Assembly: GCA_013151415.1 (NCBI GenBank)
Contig: JAADII010000080.1
Span: 2,115 to 66,114 of the forward strand
DNA: 64,000 nt
DNA from: Chloroflexota bacterium
GTDB lineage: Bacteria > Chloroflexota > Anaerolineae > J102
Direction of reading: 5' to 3'
Shown here: piece after piece, positions 10,035 through 19,332 of the stretch
How positions within the stretch are numbered: position 1 is the stretch's first letter
Layout: each line of letters starts with the position of its first letter
The notes under the pieces: model-generated
Seen by the model: the letters and a program-made list of their open reading frames with translations, nothing else
Databases searched by the model: none
Told to the model about the DNA's origin: nothing
Program-made: the position numbers and the translations under genes

Positions 10035-11579
10035 CTACCGATTGCGGCCATAACGTTCATGGCTGGAGACCCAATCAGAAGAGGAAATGGCCGCCGCCAA
10101 CGAGATTTCACCCGCCAACACCACGCCCGCCATGATTTCGGCCAGCTTCTTCACCTTGCCCTTGCCATAGCAGCCCAACAGTTCCAAACACTCGCGCTGG
10201 GTGGCCAACCCCGTGCCGCCGCCATAAGTGGCCACGATAAGCGAGGGCAAGGTGATGCTGATGTACAAGTCCTTCTCTTTGGTCAACTCCACATAAAGAA
10301 TGCCGGCCGAAGATTCAGAGACATTGGCGACATCTTGCCCTGTGGCGATAAACATGGCGGTAATGCCGTTGGCCGAGTGCAATCCATTGTTATTGGCCCC
10401 AGAAAGCACCGCGCCCACATTGGCCACGCCATAATGGTAATAGAGGCTTTCGGGCTCCACCCGTAGATGCTGAATGAGCACATCGCGAGGGATGGTCGCT
10501 TCAGCTACAACGCGCTTGCCGCGCGTGTGCATCACGTTCACTTGAGATGCTTTTTTGTCGGTGGCCAGATTGGATTCGAGATAAAAGTGTCGAATTTTGG
10601 GGTGCTCGTCGATAATCCAACTACATGCGGCAAACGTCGCGCGACCCACCATGTTTTGCCCGGCCGCATCGCCCGTGGTGAAATTAAAACGCAAATACGC
10701 GAATTTGCCCGCGAGATAGGTCTCGATATGCTGTAGTTTAGCCACACTTGAAGTCGCTTCGGCCTCTTCGCGAATTTTTTCGAAATGCTCATCCACCCAG
10801 GCCACGAAATCTCGCGCCTCGCGGGCGTCGTCGAATACGAACACGGGGGCGCGTTGCATTGCGTCACCAATGACGGTGCATTTCACCCCGCCCGAGAGAT
10901 TGAGCACTTTCATGCCGCGATTGTAAGAAGCCACCAATGTGCCTTCAGCAGTGGCCAAAGGAATAATGAACTCGCCCTGTGCATGCTCACCGTTGATCTG
11001 AATCGGCCCGGCAAATCCCAAAGGAATTTGGGCAACGCCGGTGAAATTCTCAATATTGCCCTGAGTGATGTGCGGATCAAAAGAATAGTTGGGAATATGC
11101 TGCAATCTCACGCCTGTAAACTCTTCCACAAACCTTTGACGCTCCTTGATAATGGTCTCCGAATAATTGTCCCGACGATCGCGTGGAAGGCGAATCATAG
11201 TATCCGGCTCTTCGGCGATCGCGCCCTCGACCTTGAGCTTCAGCTTGCCAAAAGGCTTGGTTGAAAAACGCAGCTCGATCTTATGCTTCCCCACGGGCAA
11301 AGGTTCGATATCGGCAATGATATCCAGTGTGCGACGTAGAGGGAAATCCACAGGCGAGGCGGCTAAATCGTCAGGCGTGAGCACGCGGCCATCGTCCAAC
11401 TCGATAAGGATTTTATCACGCGGAACCGGGCTTCCGTTGAAAGATAGGCTTTGCAAACCGGTGATGGTTGCATCATCGAGCCGATTCTTAATGGAAAATT
11501 CCACGCCCCGATCGGTATTGCGCAAGCTGCCAAAGGTGTAGAGCTGCTTGAGAAGCAAGCTAGGAACGCTGAAGAGCAT
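10035..11579 (-). CDS. hydroxymethylglutaryl-CoA reductase (class I)-like protein with a ~125-aa N-terminal extension
   Basis: 514 aa. The catalytic-domain motifs 'ENFTGVAQIPLGFAGP', 'PLATAEGTLVAS', 'TGDAAGQNM' (compare DAMGMNM) and C-terminal 'SHERYGRNR' are all present. The first ~125 residues are not part of canonical class I HMGR. Confidence 0.7.
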   Translation of the reverse strand: MLFSVPSLLLKQLYTFGSLRNTDRGVEFSIKNRLDDATITGLQSLSFNGSPVPRDKILIELDDGRVLTPDDLAASPVDFPLRRTLDIIADIEPLPVGKHKIELRFSTKPFGKLKLKVEGAIAEEPDTMIRLPRDRRDNYSETIIKERQRFVEEFTGVRLQHIPNYSFDPHITQGNIENFTGVAQIPLGFAGPIQINGEHAQGEFIIPLATAEGTLVASYNRGMKVLNLSGGVKCTVIGDAMQRAPVFVFDDAREARDFVAWVDEHFEKIREEAEATSSVAKLQHIETYLAGKFAYLRFNFTTGDAAGQNMVGRATFAACSWIIDEHPKIRHFYLESNLATDKKASQVNVMHTRGKRVVAEATIPRDVLIQHLRVEPESLYYHYGVANVGAVLSGANNNGLHSANGITAMFIATGQDVANVSESSAGILYVELTKEKDLYISITLPSLIVATYGGGTGLATQRECLELLGCYGKGKVKKLAEIMAGVVLAGEISLAAAISSSDWVSSHERYGRNR

Positions 11580-11640
11580 GGCGGATAACCTCCCTGTAAG
11601 GTCTATCTACACGATGATGTGCATTATCGTGGAAATCTGT

Positions 11641-12324
11641 TCAATGCCAAACGCCTTCAATCACCATAACCTTCTCGCTGATTTCCACTGATTGAATGCA
11701 AGCTCCTTCGCTGGCTTGAGTAAGCCGCGCCAAATAGGGCGCTAACAGACTCTCAACCTGGTTTCGCACGAAGGCTGGGGCCTCGGCTCCGTTGACCAAC
11801 ACCTGATCAATCTGCGGTTCGGCTTGGCAATCGCGCACCAAAACCGTGATGATAAGCGAAAGATTGGCGGGGAAGAAACCCAACACCACGCGCCCCCCGG
11901 CTTCAAGATAGCCCGGCTTGAGATCTACATAAGGGTCTTGAATATCGAGACCGCCCTCTTGCGCCAAGCCCTTTTTCAACGTCGCGTTCATCTCCGATTC
12001 GCTGACCACAAAACGAAAATAGGGGTCGGGCGTGGCGGTGGGCGCGCTTGGAATCACCGCCCCTTGCCCGCTTTCATCCATGCGGACTTGAGTTGGCGTG
12101 GGCGTAGGTGTGGTGGTGGGGGTGCGAGTGGGGGTCGCGGTGGGCGTAAAAGTGGGTGTGGGCGTATCGGTGGCCGCGGGCGTGGGGGTAAACGTGGCCA
12201 ACGCCACATCATTGGGTGTGGGAGCGGAGGGCAAGAACGACTGACACGCCGCGAACGCCGCGGCCAAAATGAACGCGGCGACAAAATACGCCGGCAAAGT
12301 GCGAAAACGCGTTTGTAGTTTCAT
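11641..12324 (-). CDS. lipoprotein with a Pro/Thr-rich linker and a C-terminal globular domain (function unknown)
   Basis: The start was trimmed to 'MKLQTRFRTLPAYFVAAFILAAAFAAC', a lipobox-like signal. A long 'TPTPAATDTPTPTFTPTATPTRTPTTTPTPTPT' linker follows. Confidence 0.55.
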   Translation of the reverse strand: MKLQTRFRTLPAYFVAAFILAAAFAACQSFLPSAPTPNDVALATFTPTPAATDTPTPTFTPTATPTRTPTTTPTPTPTQVRMDESGQGAVIPSAPTATPDPYFRFVVSESEMNATLKKGLAQEGGLDIQDPYVDLKPGYLEAGGRVVLGFFPANLSLIITVLVRDCQAEPQIDQVLVNGAEAPAFVRNQVESLLAPYLARLTQASEGACIQSVEISEKVMVIEGVWH

Positions 12325-12437
12325 GGAAAAATGGTCCTCACATCGAGCATCATATACCGAGACAATCCGCAATGCCAAACCAGACTCGGAAGGAAATGTC
12401 GACAAAGGGATGCGGGTTGAGCTGAAAGGATTCGCGT

Positions 12438-13496
12438 TTATGGCCATAACGTCAGATAAGACGCCAGGCCAATAACGATATTGTATGTGGCATGGGCGAT
12501 AATGGCTGTGGATGTGTTGTGGCGCATTCGCGCCCATCCCAACGCAAGAGCAACAACAAAGACGATCAACGTACTGGCGCTGAGACCATAATTGCTGTGA
12601 AGCAAAGCAAAAATGAGCGAGGTGAAAAGGAGGCCAAAGCGGGGTTGCAATGCTCCGCGCAACAACATTTCTTCGCCCAAGCCTGCCGCCAAACCCAATG
12701 TGAGCACGCCAAACAACGACTGTGTGAGGGGACCCACGAGCTGTTCGGTCAGTCGCTCTACATTTTGATCAAACACCCCGCCTATAAAATCCAGAGGAAG
12801 CAACAACAAAACCATTGCCACGCCCAGGCTTACGCCGAGCAACAGGTGGCGGCCAGTGGGCCGCTCCAGGCCTAGCCGTCGCAATACAGCGCCAAGATCG
12901 CGTCTGGCCAACCACCCCACGCCCACAAAAGCCATGATCATGAACATGATCGCCTGCACCCACAGCGCACCGGCCAACGCGGTCGCGTCTTGCTGCGGAG
13001 CGGCCGCCAACATCTCGGCCAACGCATCGAGGCCAATGGCCAGTGTAAACCAGAGATTGAGAACAACCAACATGGTGTAAGACAGCGCGACCGCATGCAC
13101 AGGATTGCTCGCATCGATGGGAACGATCCGCGCCACTCCGCGACGCACAAAGGGCAAAAGCAACGCGACCCCGCCCAGCGCGGGCAGCGCCAACGACAAA
13201 CCCACCTGTGGCAGCCGAGTGAACACCCCCTCGATCACGATGGGATCGACGCCCATTTGCTCGTAAGTTCGCACCATCTCGGTCGGAAGCGTCATCCCCG
13301 TCAAAGACCAACCCAAAATGGTCAGGATGACGCCTGCAAAAAAGAAACCGCCCCAATAAAGAACCAACAACACATAAGCGACCACAGCCAGAGCGCCCCC
13401 GCGGTCACTTTTCTCCCGCTCGACCACGGCCAGATTGGCTAGCCATAGGATCAGAAGAAGAGGGAGGAAGAGAAAAACGATGGTCACTGCTTCCAT
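12438..13496 (-). CDS. CPBP family intramembrane glutamic endopeptidase (CAAX protease / Abi family)
   Basis: Polytopic membrane protein carrying the three CPBP motifs 'EEMLLRGALQ', 'FALLHS' and 'HATYN'. Confidence 0.8.
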   Translation of the reverse strand: MEAVTIVFLFLPLLLILWLANLAVVEREKSDRGGALAVVAYVLLVLYWGGFFFAGVILTILGWSLTGMTLPTEMVRTYEQMGVDPIVIEGVFTRLPQVGLSLALPALGGVALLLPFVRRGVARIVPIDASNPVHAVALSYTMLVVLNLWFTLAIGLDALAEMLAAAPQQDATALAGALWVQAIMFMIMAFVGVGWLARRDLGAVLRRLGLERPTGRHLLLGVSLGVAMVLLLLPLDFIGGVFDQNVERLTEQLVGPLTQSLFGVLTLGLAAGLGEEMLLRGALQPRFGLLFTSLIFALLHSNYGLSASTLIVFVVALALGWARMRHNTSTAIIAHATYNIVIGLASYLTLWP

Positions 13497-13505
13497 AATC
13501 TACAT

Positions 13506-14042
13506 CTACTCCTTACGGCTCGATTCTCTTTTCCACTCATGACGAAGGATGCTCATGAAAAGCAGATCATGCCGGCGTCCATGTCGCCATTCGGCCTCGC
13601 GAAAACGACCCTCATGCTCAAAACCGACTTTCTCATAGGCGCGAATCGCGCGCTCATTCTCGGCGAACACGCGCAGATAGATGCGATGGAAATTGAGGTA
13701 ATCGAAACCGTAATGCAGCAGCGTGGTTAGAATGTCCTGGCCCAAACCCATATTCCAAAGTGATTTTTCACCGATGAATAGGCCCGCCTCCGCGCTCTGA
13801 TGTCGATGATTGATGCTGGTGAAACCGCAGCCCCCAATATGTTGGCCCTCCATCTCCACCGCAAAAGCGACCGTGGTCTCATCCTCCAACATGAGTTCAT
13901 ACCACTTTTCCTCCTGCGCCAGATTCAGGGGCAAATAAGGCCCGAAATATTCCAACACCTCTCGGTCGGCAAACCAGCGGACGTAGTTAGGCAGATGCTC
14001 GCGCTCGATGGGAACAAGGGTGACGCGTTGACCTTGCAACAT
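13506..14042 (-). CDS. GNAT family N-acetyltransferase (RimJ/RimL-like)
   Basis: 178 aa with GNAT fold motifs: 'VAFAVE', 'GFTSIN', and 'RIYLRVFAENERAIRAYEKVGF'. Confidence 0.8.
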   Translation of the reverse strand: MLQGQRVTLVPIEREHLPNYVRWFADREVLEYFGPYLPLNLAQEEKWYELMLEDETTVAFAVEMEGQHIGGCGFTSINHRHQSAEAGLFIGEKSLWNMGLGQDILTTLLHYGFDYLNFHRIYLRVFAENERAIRAYEKVGFEHEGRFREAEWRHGRRHDLLFMSILRHEWKRESSRKE

Positions 14043-14210
14043 GAGGATGACTCCGGAAAAGTGAAAAAATTAAGAATGAGAAGATCGAGTCTTCAAGATG
14101 AAACAACCTTATGGCGACAATGCTTACCCTTCGCTCATTGGTCATAGTATTCTACCCGAAAGGCGCATCCCCGCCCAATCGAGAATTTGAGGTAGGACGC
14201 GACGAATGCT

Positions 14211-14240
14211 TTGACAGCCAATCCGCTCTATTGATATGAT
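14211..14240 (+). promoter_or_regulatory. candidate sigma70-type promoter for pepF
   Basis: A -35 TTGACA at 14211-14216 and a -10-like TGATAT/TATGAT at 14232-14240, with a 15-18 nt spacer, about 100 nt upstream of the ATG. Confidence 0.4.
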
Positions 14241-14337
14241 GGGTTTCTATCGACTATCATACATCGCCTCATCGTCTTATCGTCGCTATTGACGATAAAC
14301 GACCACTCTCGACGCAACTTCTGTTTATCCTAATCCC

Positions 14338-16050
14338 ATGCATCCACAACATCCTCCCACCCTCGATCCTTTGGACTGGACCACCATTCAGCCTCATATA
14401 GACGCTCTGCTCGCGGTTGATCTAGAACCGAGGCAGGTGCGAGAGTGGCTGCAACGCTGGAGCGATCTCGCTTCGGTGTTGGATGAAGCCGGAACACAAA
14501 TATATCGTGAAATCACCGAGAACACGGCGGATGAGGAAGCGGACGCCCGCTTCAAGCGTTTGGTGACGGAAATTATGCCCAGGATTGCACAAGCTGAACA
14601 GGCGCTGCGCCAGAAACTGCTTGCGGTGAACGGTTATGAACCCACCCAGGAGACCGCGCAACTCCTCCGATATTTCCGTGCGGAGAGCGACATCTTCTGT
14701 GAGGCGAACATTCCTATCCTCAGCGAATTGCAGCTTATGGGCAAACAATATATGGAAATTATCGGCGGTCTTGGTATTCGGTGGCGTGGGCGAACGCTCA
14801 CTATCCCGCAGGCCGAAGCGCATCTCAGCGACCGCGACCGCACCGTGCGCGAGCAAGTTTGGCGATTGTCTCTAGACGCTTACCTCGCCCATCGCCAGGA
14901 ACTGAACGATCTTTTCCTAAATATGCTCGCTCGACGCAAACGACTGGCCCAAAACGCCGGGTTTCCAGACTTTCGCGCCTATCAATGGTTGGCCAAAGGG
15001 CGGTTCGACTATACGCCCGAAGACTGTTTCATTTTCCACGATGCTATCGAACGCGAGGTGACGCCTCTGGCCACCGAGATTTACCGAACTTTGGCCGATA
15101 ACCTCAATCTGCCCTCCTTACGACCCTGGGAGCTCAGCATCAGCGGACCGGCCAAACCAACAGTCGATGCTTATGAACAGCCATTGCGTCCTTTTGGCGA
15201 ACCAGCCGAGTTGGAAGAAATCGCGCACCGCATTTTCAATCGAGTTGCACCTGCATTTGGCGCATATTTTGCAGAGATGCGCGACGGCTATCTTGATCTG
15301 GAATCTCGGCCCAATAAAGCGCCTGGAGGCTATTGCAATAGTTATCCTGTGAGCGGCAAGCCCTATATCTTCATGAACGCGGCCGGAACGCATCGCGATG
15401 TGCGCACTCTCATGCATGAAGGGGGGCACGCGTTTCATTTTGCCGAAGCATTCCGACGCCAATCGTTGTTGTGGAACTACCATGGGCCCATGGAATTCAA
15501 TGAAGTCGCATCCATGGCTATGGAACTCCTCAGCGCGCCTTACTGGAACAAGACGAACGGGGGCTTCTACAATGAAGAGGATTTTGCCCGTGCATACGCC
15601 GAGCAACTGATCGACGCGCTCCTCTTCCTCCCTTATATGGCCGTGGTCGACGCGCTTCAACACTGGCTTTATGTCGAGGCCGGCGAAGAGGTGGATGCGG
15701 GAGATATCGATCGCAAATGGAGTGAATTATGGGACCGTTTCTTGCCCGGCATCGACTATTCGGGCCTACAAACAGAAAAAGAGACGGGTTGGCATCGCAA
15801 AGGCCACATTTTCGGCTCGCCATTCTACTATGTTGAATATGGCCTGGCGCAACTGGGCGCGCTTCAGATCTGGCGCAACGCGCTTGAGGATCAGGAAAAC
15901 GCCGTCGCGGCCTATCGTCGGGCCTTGGCCGCGGGCTACACCGAACCCCTTCCCCGTCTCTTCGAGATGGCCGGCGCGCGTTTCGCATTTGATCGTGAAA
16001 TCGTGGGCGAACTCGTAACCCTCGTTCGCGACCAACTGGCGCAATTGTAA
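14338..16050 (+). CDS. pepF: M3 family oligoendopeptidase (oligoendopeptidase F-like)
   Basis: 570 aa. Zinc-binding 'HEGGHAFH' (HExxH) sits in an M3B-like context. Confidence 0.85.
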   Translation: MHPQHPPTLDPLDWTTIQPHIDALLAVDLEPRQVREWLQRWSDLASVLDEAGTQIYREITENTADEEADARFKRLVTEIMPRIAQAEQALRQKLLAVNGYEPTQETAQLLRYFRAESDIFCEANIPILSELQLMGKQYMEIIGGLGIRWRGRTLTIPQAEAHLSDRDRTVREQVWRLSLDAYLAHRQELNDLFLNMLARRKRLAQNAGFPDFRAYQWLAKGRFDYTPEDCFIFHDAIEREVTPLATEIYRTLADNLNLPSLRPWELSISGPAKPTVDAYEQPLRPFGEPAELEEIAHRIFNRVAPAFGAYFAEMRDGYLDLESRPNKAPGGYCNSYPVSGKPYIFMNAAGTHRDVRTLMHEGGHAFHFAEAFRRQSLLWNYHGPMEFNEVASMAMELLSAPYWNKTNGGFYNEEDFARAYAEQLIDALLFLPYMAVVDALQHWLYVEAGEEVDAGDIDRKWSELWDRFLPGIDYSGLQTEKETGWHRKGHIFGSPFYYVEYGLAQLGALQIWRNALEDQENAVAAYRRALAAGYTEPLPRLFEMAGARFAFDREIVGELVTLVRDQLAQL

Positions 16051-16116
16051 TGGCTGCATTGAGTGGCATCGAAATGAACGCATCCTTTGTGGGCGCATCT
16101 TCTCACCAATGCCCGA

Positions 16117-16162
16117 CCATAGGACGAAGAGCCGAAGGGGCGATAAGGCCATCGTCCTATGG
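16117..16162 (+). repeat. perfect 11-bp inverted repeat (stem-loop) downstream of pepF
   Basis: 'ccataggacga' at 16117-16127 pairs with 'tcgtcctatgg' at 16152-16162 across a 24-nt loop. No U-tract follows. Confidence 0.5.
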
Positions 16163-16190
16163 CCCCATGATCTCATTGTCTTGAGTATTC

Positions 16191-17342
16191 ATGCCGCGTC
16201 TTGTCATCAACGGTTGGTTTTGGGGGCAGACAACGACCGGGTCGGGCCAATACCTACGCGGGCTGCTCACCCGATTGCCTTCGGCCCTGCCCGATTGGGA
16301 CATCGTCTTGCTTTTACCAGAGGGCGTCGGGTCACTTTCGGCGCGCATGCGGCGCGCAAAGCCTCCATCCGGGGTGAGGATGCGCTGGACGCGATTGCCG
16401 CGGTTTGCGCGCGGCGCGCGGCTGGAAAAACTGGCCTGGGAGCAGCGCGTCTTTCCGGTCGAATGCCGCAAGCTGGGAGCCGACGTCGCTTTTGCGCCTT
16501 ATTGGGCCTCGCCCATCCTTCCGCCCTGCCCCACGCTAGTCACCATTCATGACCTCATCCCGCTTCTACTGGCCGACTATGCCACGAAACCTACGGCGCG
16601 CGCTTACACCTGGTTGGTCTCTCGCAGCGCGCATCGCGCCGCGGCCGTGCTCACGGTCAGCCAGTCGGCCCGCGACGATATCATCCGTCATCTGCGCATA
16701 CCTGGCCAACGCGTCCATGTCACTTATGAAAGTCTGGGCTATCCTCACGCGCCGGTGACCGATGCGGCGGAGCTGGCTCGCGTGCGCCGGGCTTATCATC
16801 TTCCTCCGCACTATCTCTTTTATCTGGGCGGATTCGATCCGCGCAAAAATGTGCCGCTTTTGCTTCGCGCCTATGCGCGGGCATGGAAACAAAAACCGAG
16901 TTTGCCGCCCCTGCTCATCGCCGGGAAGCTGCCAGAGCCAAGTGACGACTGGTTCACCGATCCGCGACCGCTCATTGCTCAGTTGGGGCTGGAAGCGCGT
17001 GTGCGCACCTTGGGCTTCGCGCCCGATGAGGACAAGCCCGCGCTCTACACCCTGGCCGATCTTTTCATCTTTCCCTCTCGTTATGAAGGCTTCGGTTTGC
17101 CGCCGCTTGAGGCTATGGCTTGCGGAACCCCTGCATTGGTAAGCAATAGCAGCTCATTGCCCGAAGTCGTGGGCCACACTTTGCCCCCCGTTCCCGTAAA
17201 TGATGAATCTGCGCTCGCTCAAGGCATCCTCGACGCACTCGAGCATCCTCCCCCTCGCGAACGCCTTCTGGCCCAGGCCGCGCGTTTTTCATGGCGCGAC
17301 ACAGCGGCCATCATCGCTCGCATCATTCGAGAACATGGCTGA
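16191..17342 (+). CDS. glycosyltransferase family 4 protein
   Basis: 383 aa. The GT4 C-terminal signature 'EGFGLPPLEAMACGTPALVS' is present. Confidence 0.85.
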   Translation: MPRLVINGWFWGQTTTGSGQYLRGLLTRLPSALPDWDIVLLLPEGVGSLSARMRRAKPPSGVRMRWTRLPRFARGARLEKLAWEQRVFPVECRKLGADVAFAPYWASPILPPCPTLVTIHDLIPLLLADYATKPTARAYTWLVSRSAHRAAAVLTVSQSARDDIIRHLRIPGQRVHVTYESLGYPHAPVTDAAELARVRRAYHLPPHYLFYLGGFDPRKNVPLLLRAYARAWKQKPSLPPLLIAGKLPEPSDDWFTDPRPLIAQLGLEARVRTLGFAPDEDKPALYTLADLFIFPSRYEGFGLPPLEAMACGTPALVSNSSSLPEVVGHTLPPVPVNDESALAQGILDALEHPPPRERLLAQAARFSWRDTAAIIARIIREHG

Positions 17343-18267
17343 CGCCGCTCAACTTCCCGTTCAGGACAAGTATCGCCAGCCCGAAGTCATCGAATTCTGG
17401 CGGCGACTTAGCTTGCAAGGCCTGCAGGCTTGTGAAGAGGCCGCGATTAAAAAGTATGCTTCCGCGCCCGGCCTCGCGCTTGACCTGGGTTGTGGAAGCG
17501 GTCGCGCCATCCTCGCCCTCCAACCACGCGGCTATCGAGTCGTCGGCCTGGACATCACTTGGGAAATGTTGGACGCCGCGCGTGAGCTTTGTGCGCAGCG
17601 TCATCTCCAACCGCATCTCACCCAAGGTGATCTACGCGCTCTGCCCTACGCGCAGGCGAGTTTCGATCTCGCGTTGATTCTCATCGCCGCTCTGCAACAT
17701 ATCCCGCAACGAAAGGTCCGACAAGCAGTCTTGGCCGATATTGCGCGCGTGCTGCGCCCCGGCGGCGTCCTCATCCTCGCGCTCGACAACCTCGCGCCTG
17801 CGCTGCGCTGCTATGGGTATTGGGGCCTGCGCAAGCTCGGAGCCTGGCTCAAACCATCTTCTCACGGTCGGCCCTCACCCGCTTCATCTCCTGGCGCCGC
17901 GGCCGACCAACTTCTCAGCGCGCGGCGAGCGAGTATGAACAAAGTCATCTGGCATCTACGCGGCCTGGCTCGAACCCTGCGTTGGCGCACATGGAATGGT
18001 TGGGTGGATGCAGCCCGACGAGCGGGATTGGCAAAGGGCGAACCAGGAGACGCCGCCATCCACCAGGTGAGCCTAACCGCAACCCGCGGCCGCGTTTATT
18101 ACCACATTTACCGCCACGCCGAACTGGTGGCCGATGCACAAGCCGCCGGCCTGGAACTGTTGGGCTATCATGCCTGCGATGAACTGACCAGCGGACGCGA
18201 AACGCCCCCGCGCATTCGCCAACTAGACAAACAAATACTCTACGCGTTCCGGCGCCCCTCAAAATAG
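17335..18267 (+). CDS. class I SAM-dependent methyltransferase
   Basis: Motif I 'LDLGCGSGRA' is present. The start was trimmed to 'MADAAQL', which overlaps the GT4 stop by 8 nt. The track ORF is extended 45 codons upstream. Confidence 0.75.
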   Translation: MADAAQLPVQDKYRQPEVIEFWRRLSLQGLQACEEAAIKKYASAPGLALDLGCGSGRAILALQPRGYRVVGLDITWEMLDAARELCAQRHLQPHLTQGDLRALPYAQASFDLALILIAALQHIPQRKVRQAVLADIARVLRPGGVLILALDNLAPALRCYGYWGLRKLGAWLKPSSHGRPSPASSPGAAADQLLSARRASMNKVIWHLRGLARTLRWRTWNGWVDAARRAGLAKGEPGDAAIHQVSLTATRGRVYYHIYRHAELVADAQAAGLELLGYHACDELTSGRETPPRIRQLDKQILYAFRRPSK

Positions 18268-18371
18268 ACCATTGTTACGCAAACTATACTATGTTACAAT
18301 GTCGTCGGAGAGGTCTTTTTCCCTCAGCCATCAACTCCCTTCGCCCATGATCATCACGAAAGGAATCCCTT

Positions 18372-19319
18372 GTGGACTACGACATCGCCCTCAAAGAGAT
18401 GTTGCGGCTCTGTAGTCGCGAGATTCTGAGACGATGGCTAAACATTCCTGTAGCCAAGAGCGCGGTTATCGAGGATCTGCCGCAAGAGACCACATCACTT
18501 CGACGCAGTGATTTGCCCCTCCGGGTGATCACCGAAGACGGTGACGAACTCCTTGTTCTCATCGAAATCGAAACGCGCTGGCGAAAAGAAACGCCCTTGC
18601 GCATGCTGGAGTATTTATGTCGTCACAAGCTTAAGTTAGACAAAATAGATGTGCCGACTCACTCCGTGGTTTTCTTGCTGACATTCTCGTCACAGGCCAG
18701 CGACTACTACGAAGATGACCAGGTGCGGTTCCGATATCGACTCATTCGCGTATACGAAATGGACGCAGCCGACATCGTACAAGAAGGCCTGACATGTATG
18801 GCGCCTTTGGTTCCTATCATGCAAAATGGCGAACAGTGGTTCAATCAGGCGGACGAACTCATTTATAAAAGCGATTTACCTACAGAAACCAAGGCCGATA
18901 TGTACACGGCCATGAGCATCATTTCTGGTCTGACATCAAAATCACTACTCCAGAGGTTGCTCCTTCGCAGGAGGGAAATCATGATCGAATCAGCATTCTT
19001 TGAAATCCTTAGAGAAGAGATCGAGAAAGAGGTCAAGGAGGAAACCTGGCGAGAAGCCTGGGAAGGCGGTATGCAACAGGGTATGCAACAGGGTATGCAA
19101 CAGGGTTTTGAAAAAGGACATGACGAGGGATGGCGTGAGGGCTTGCGCGATGGATTGCTACAGGCTATTGCCCTGGGTTTGGACTTGAAATTCGGCGTAG
19201 AAGGTTTGAAACTTATGCCGGAGATCGAGCGCATCGATGACCTTGGCGTGTTGCGCGCCTTACGCGAGGCCCTGCGCAGCGCGGAGTCGTTGGATGAATT
19301 GCGTTCTCTTTATCAATAA
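18372..19319 (+). CDS. Rpn family recombination-promoting nuclease / putative transposase (PD-(D/E)XK nuclease with a DUF4351-like C-terminus)
   Basis: 315 aa. A PD-(D/E)XK-like core 'EDGDELLVLIEIETRWRK' is present. The C-terminal helical region carries a (GMQQ)3 repeat. Local GC is about 48%, well below the flanks. Confidence 0.55.
   Translation: MDYDIALKEMLRLCSREILRRWLNIPVAKSAVIEDLPQETTSLRRSDLPLRVITEDGDELLVLIEIETRWRKETPLRMLEYLCRHKLKLDKIDVPTHSVVFLLTFSSQASDYYEDDQVRFRYRLIRVYEMDAADIVQEGLTCMAPLVPIMQNGEQWFNQADELIYKSDLPTETKADMYTAMSIISGLTSKSLLQRLLLRRREIMIESAFFEILREEIEKEVKEETWREAWEGGMQQGMQQGMQQGFEKGHDEGWREGLRDGLLQAIALGLDLKFGVEGLKLMPEIERIDDLGVLRALREALRSAESLDELRSLYQ
19068..19103 (+). repeat. 3 x 12-nt perfect tandem repeat 'ggtatgcaacag' encoding (GMQQ)3 inside the Rpn-like gene
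   Basis: The repeat is read directly from the sequence. Confidence 0.9.
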
Positions 19320-19332
19320 TTCATGCTGATCC

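Noticed and set aside
11824-12318. ORFs of 164 and 76 aa inside or antisense to the PT-linker region of the lipoprotein gene
   Set aside because: They are Gly/Arg-rich or Pro/Arg-rich translations of the repetitive PT-linker DNA on other frames.
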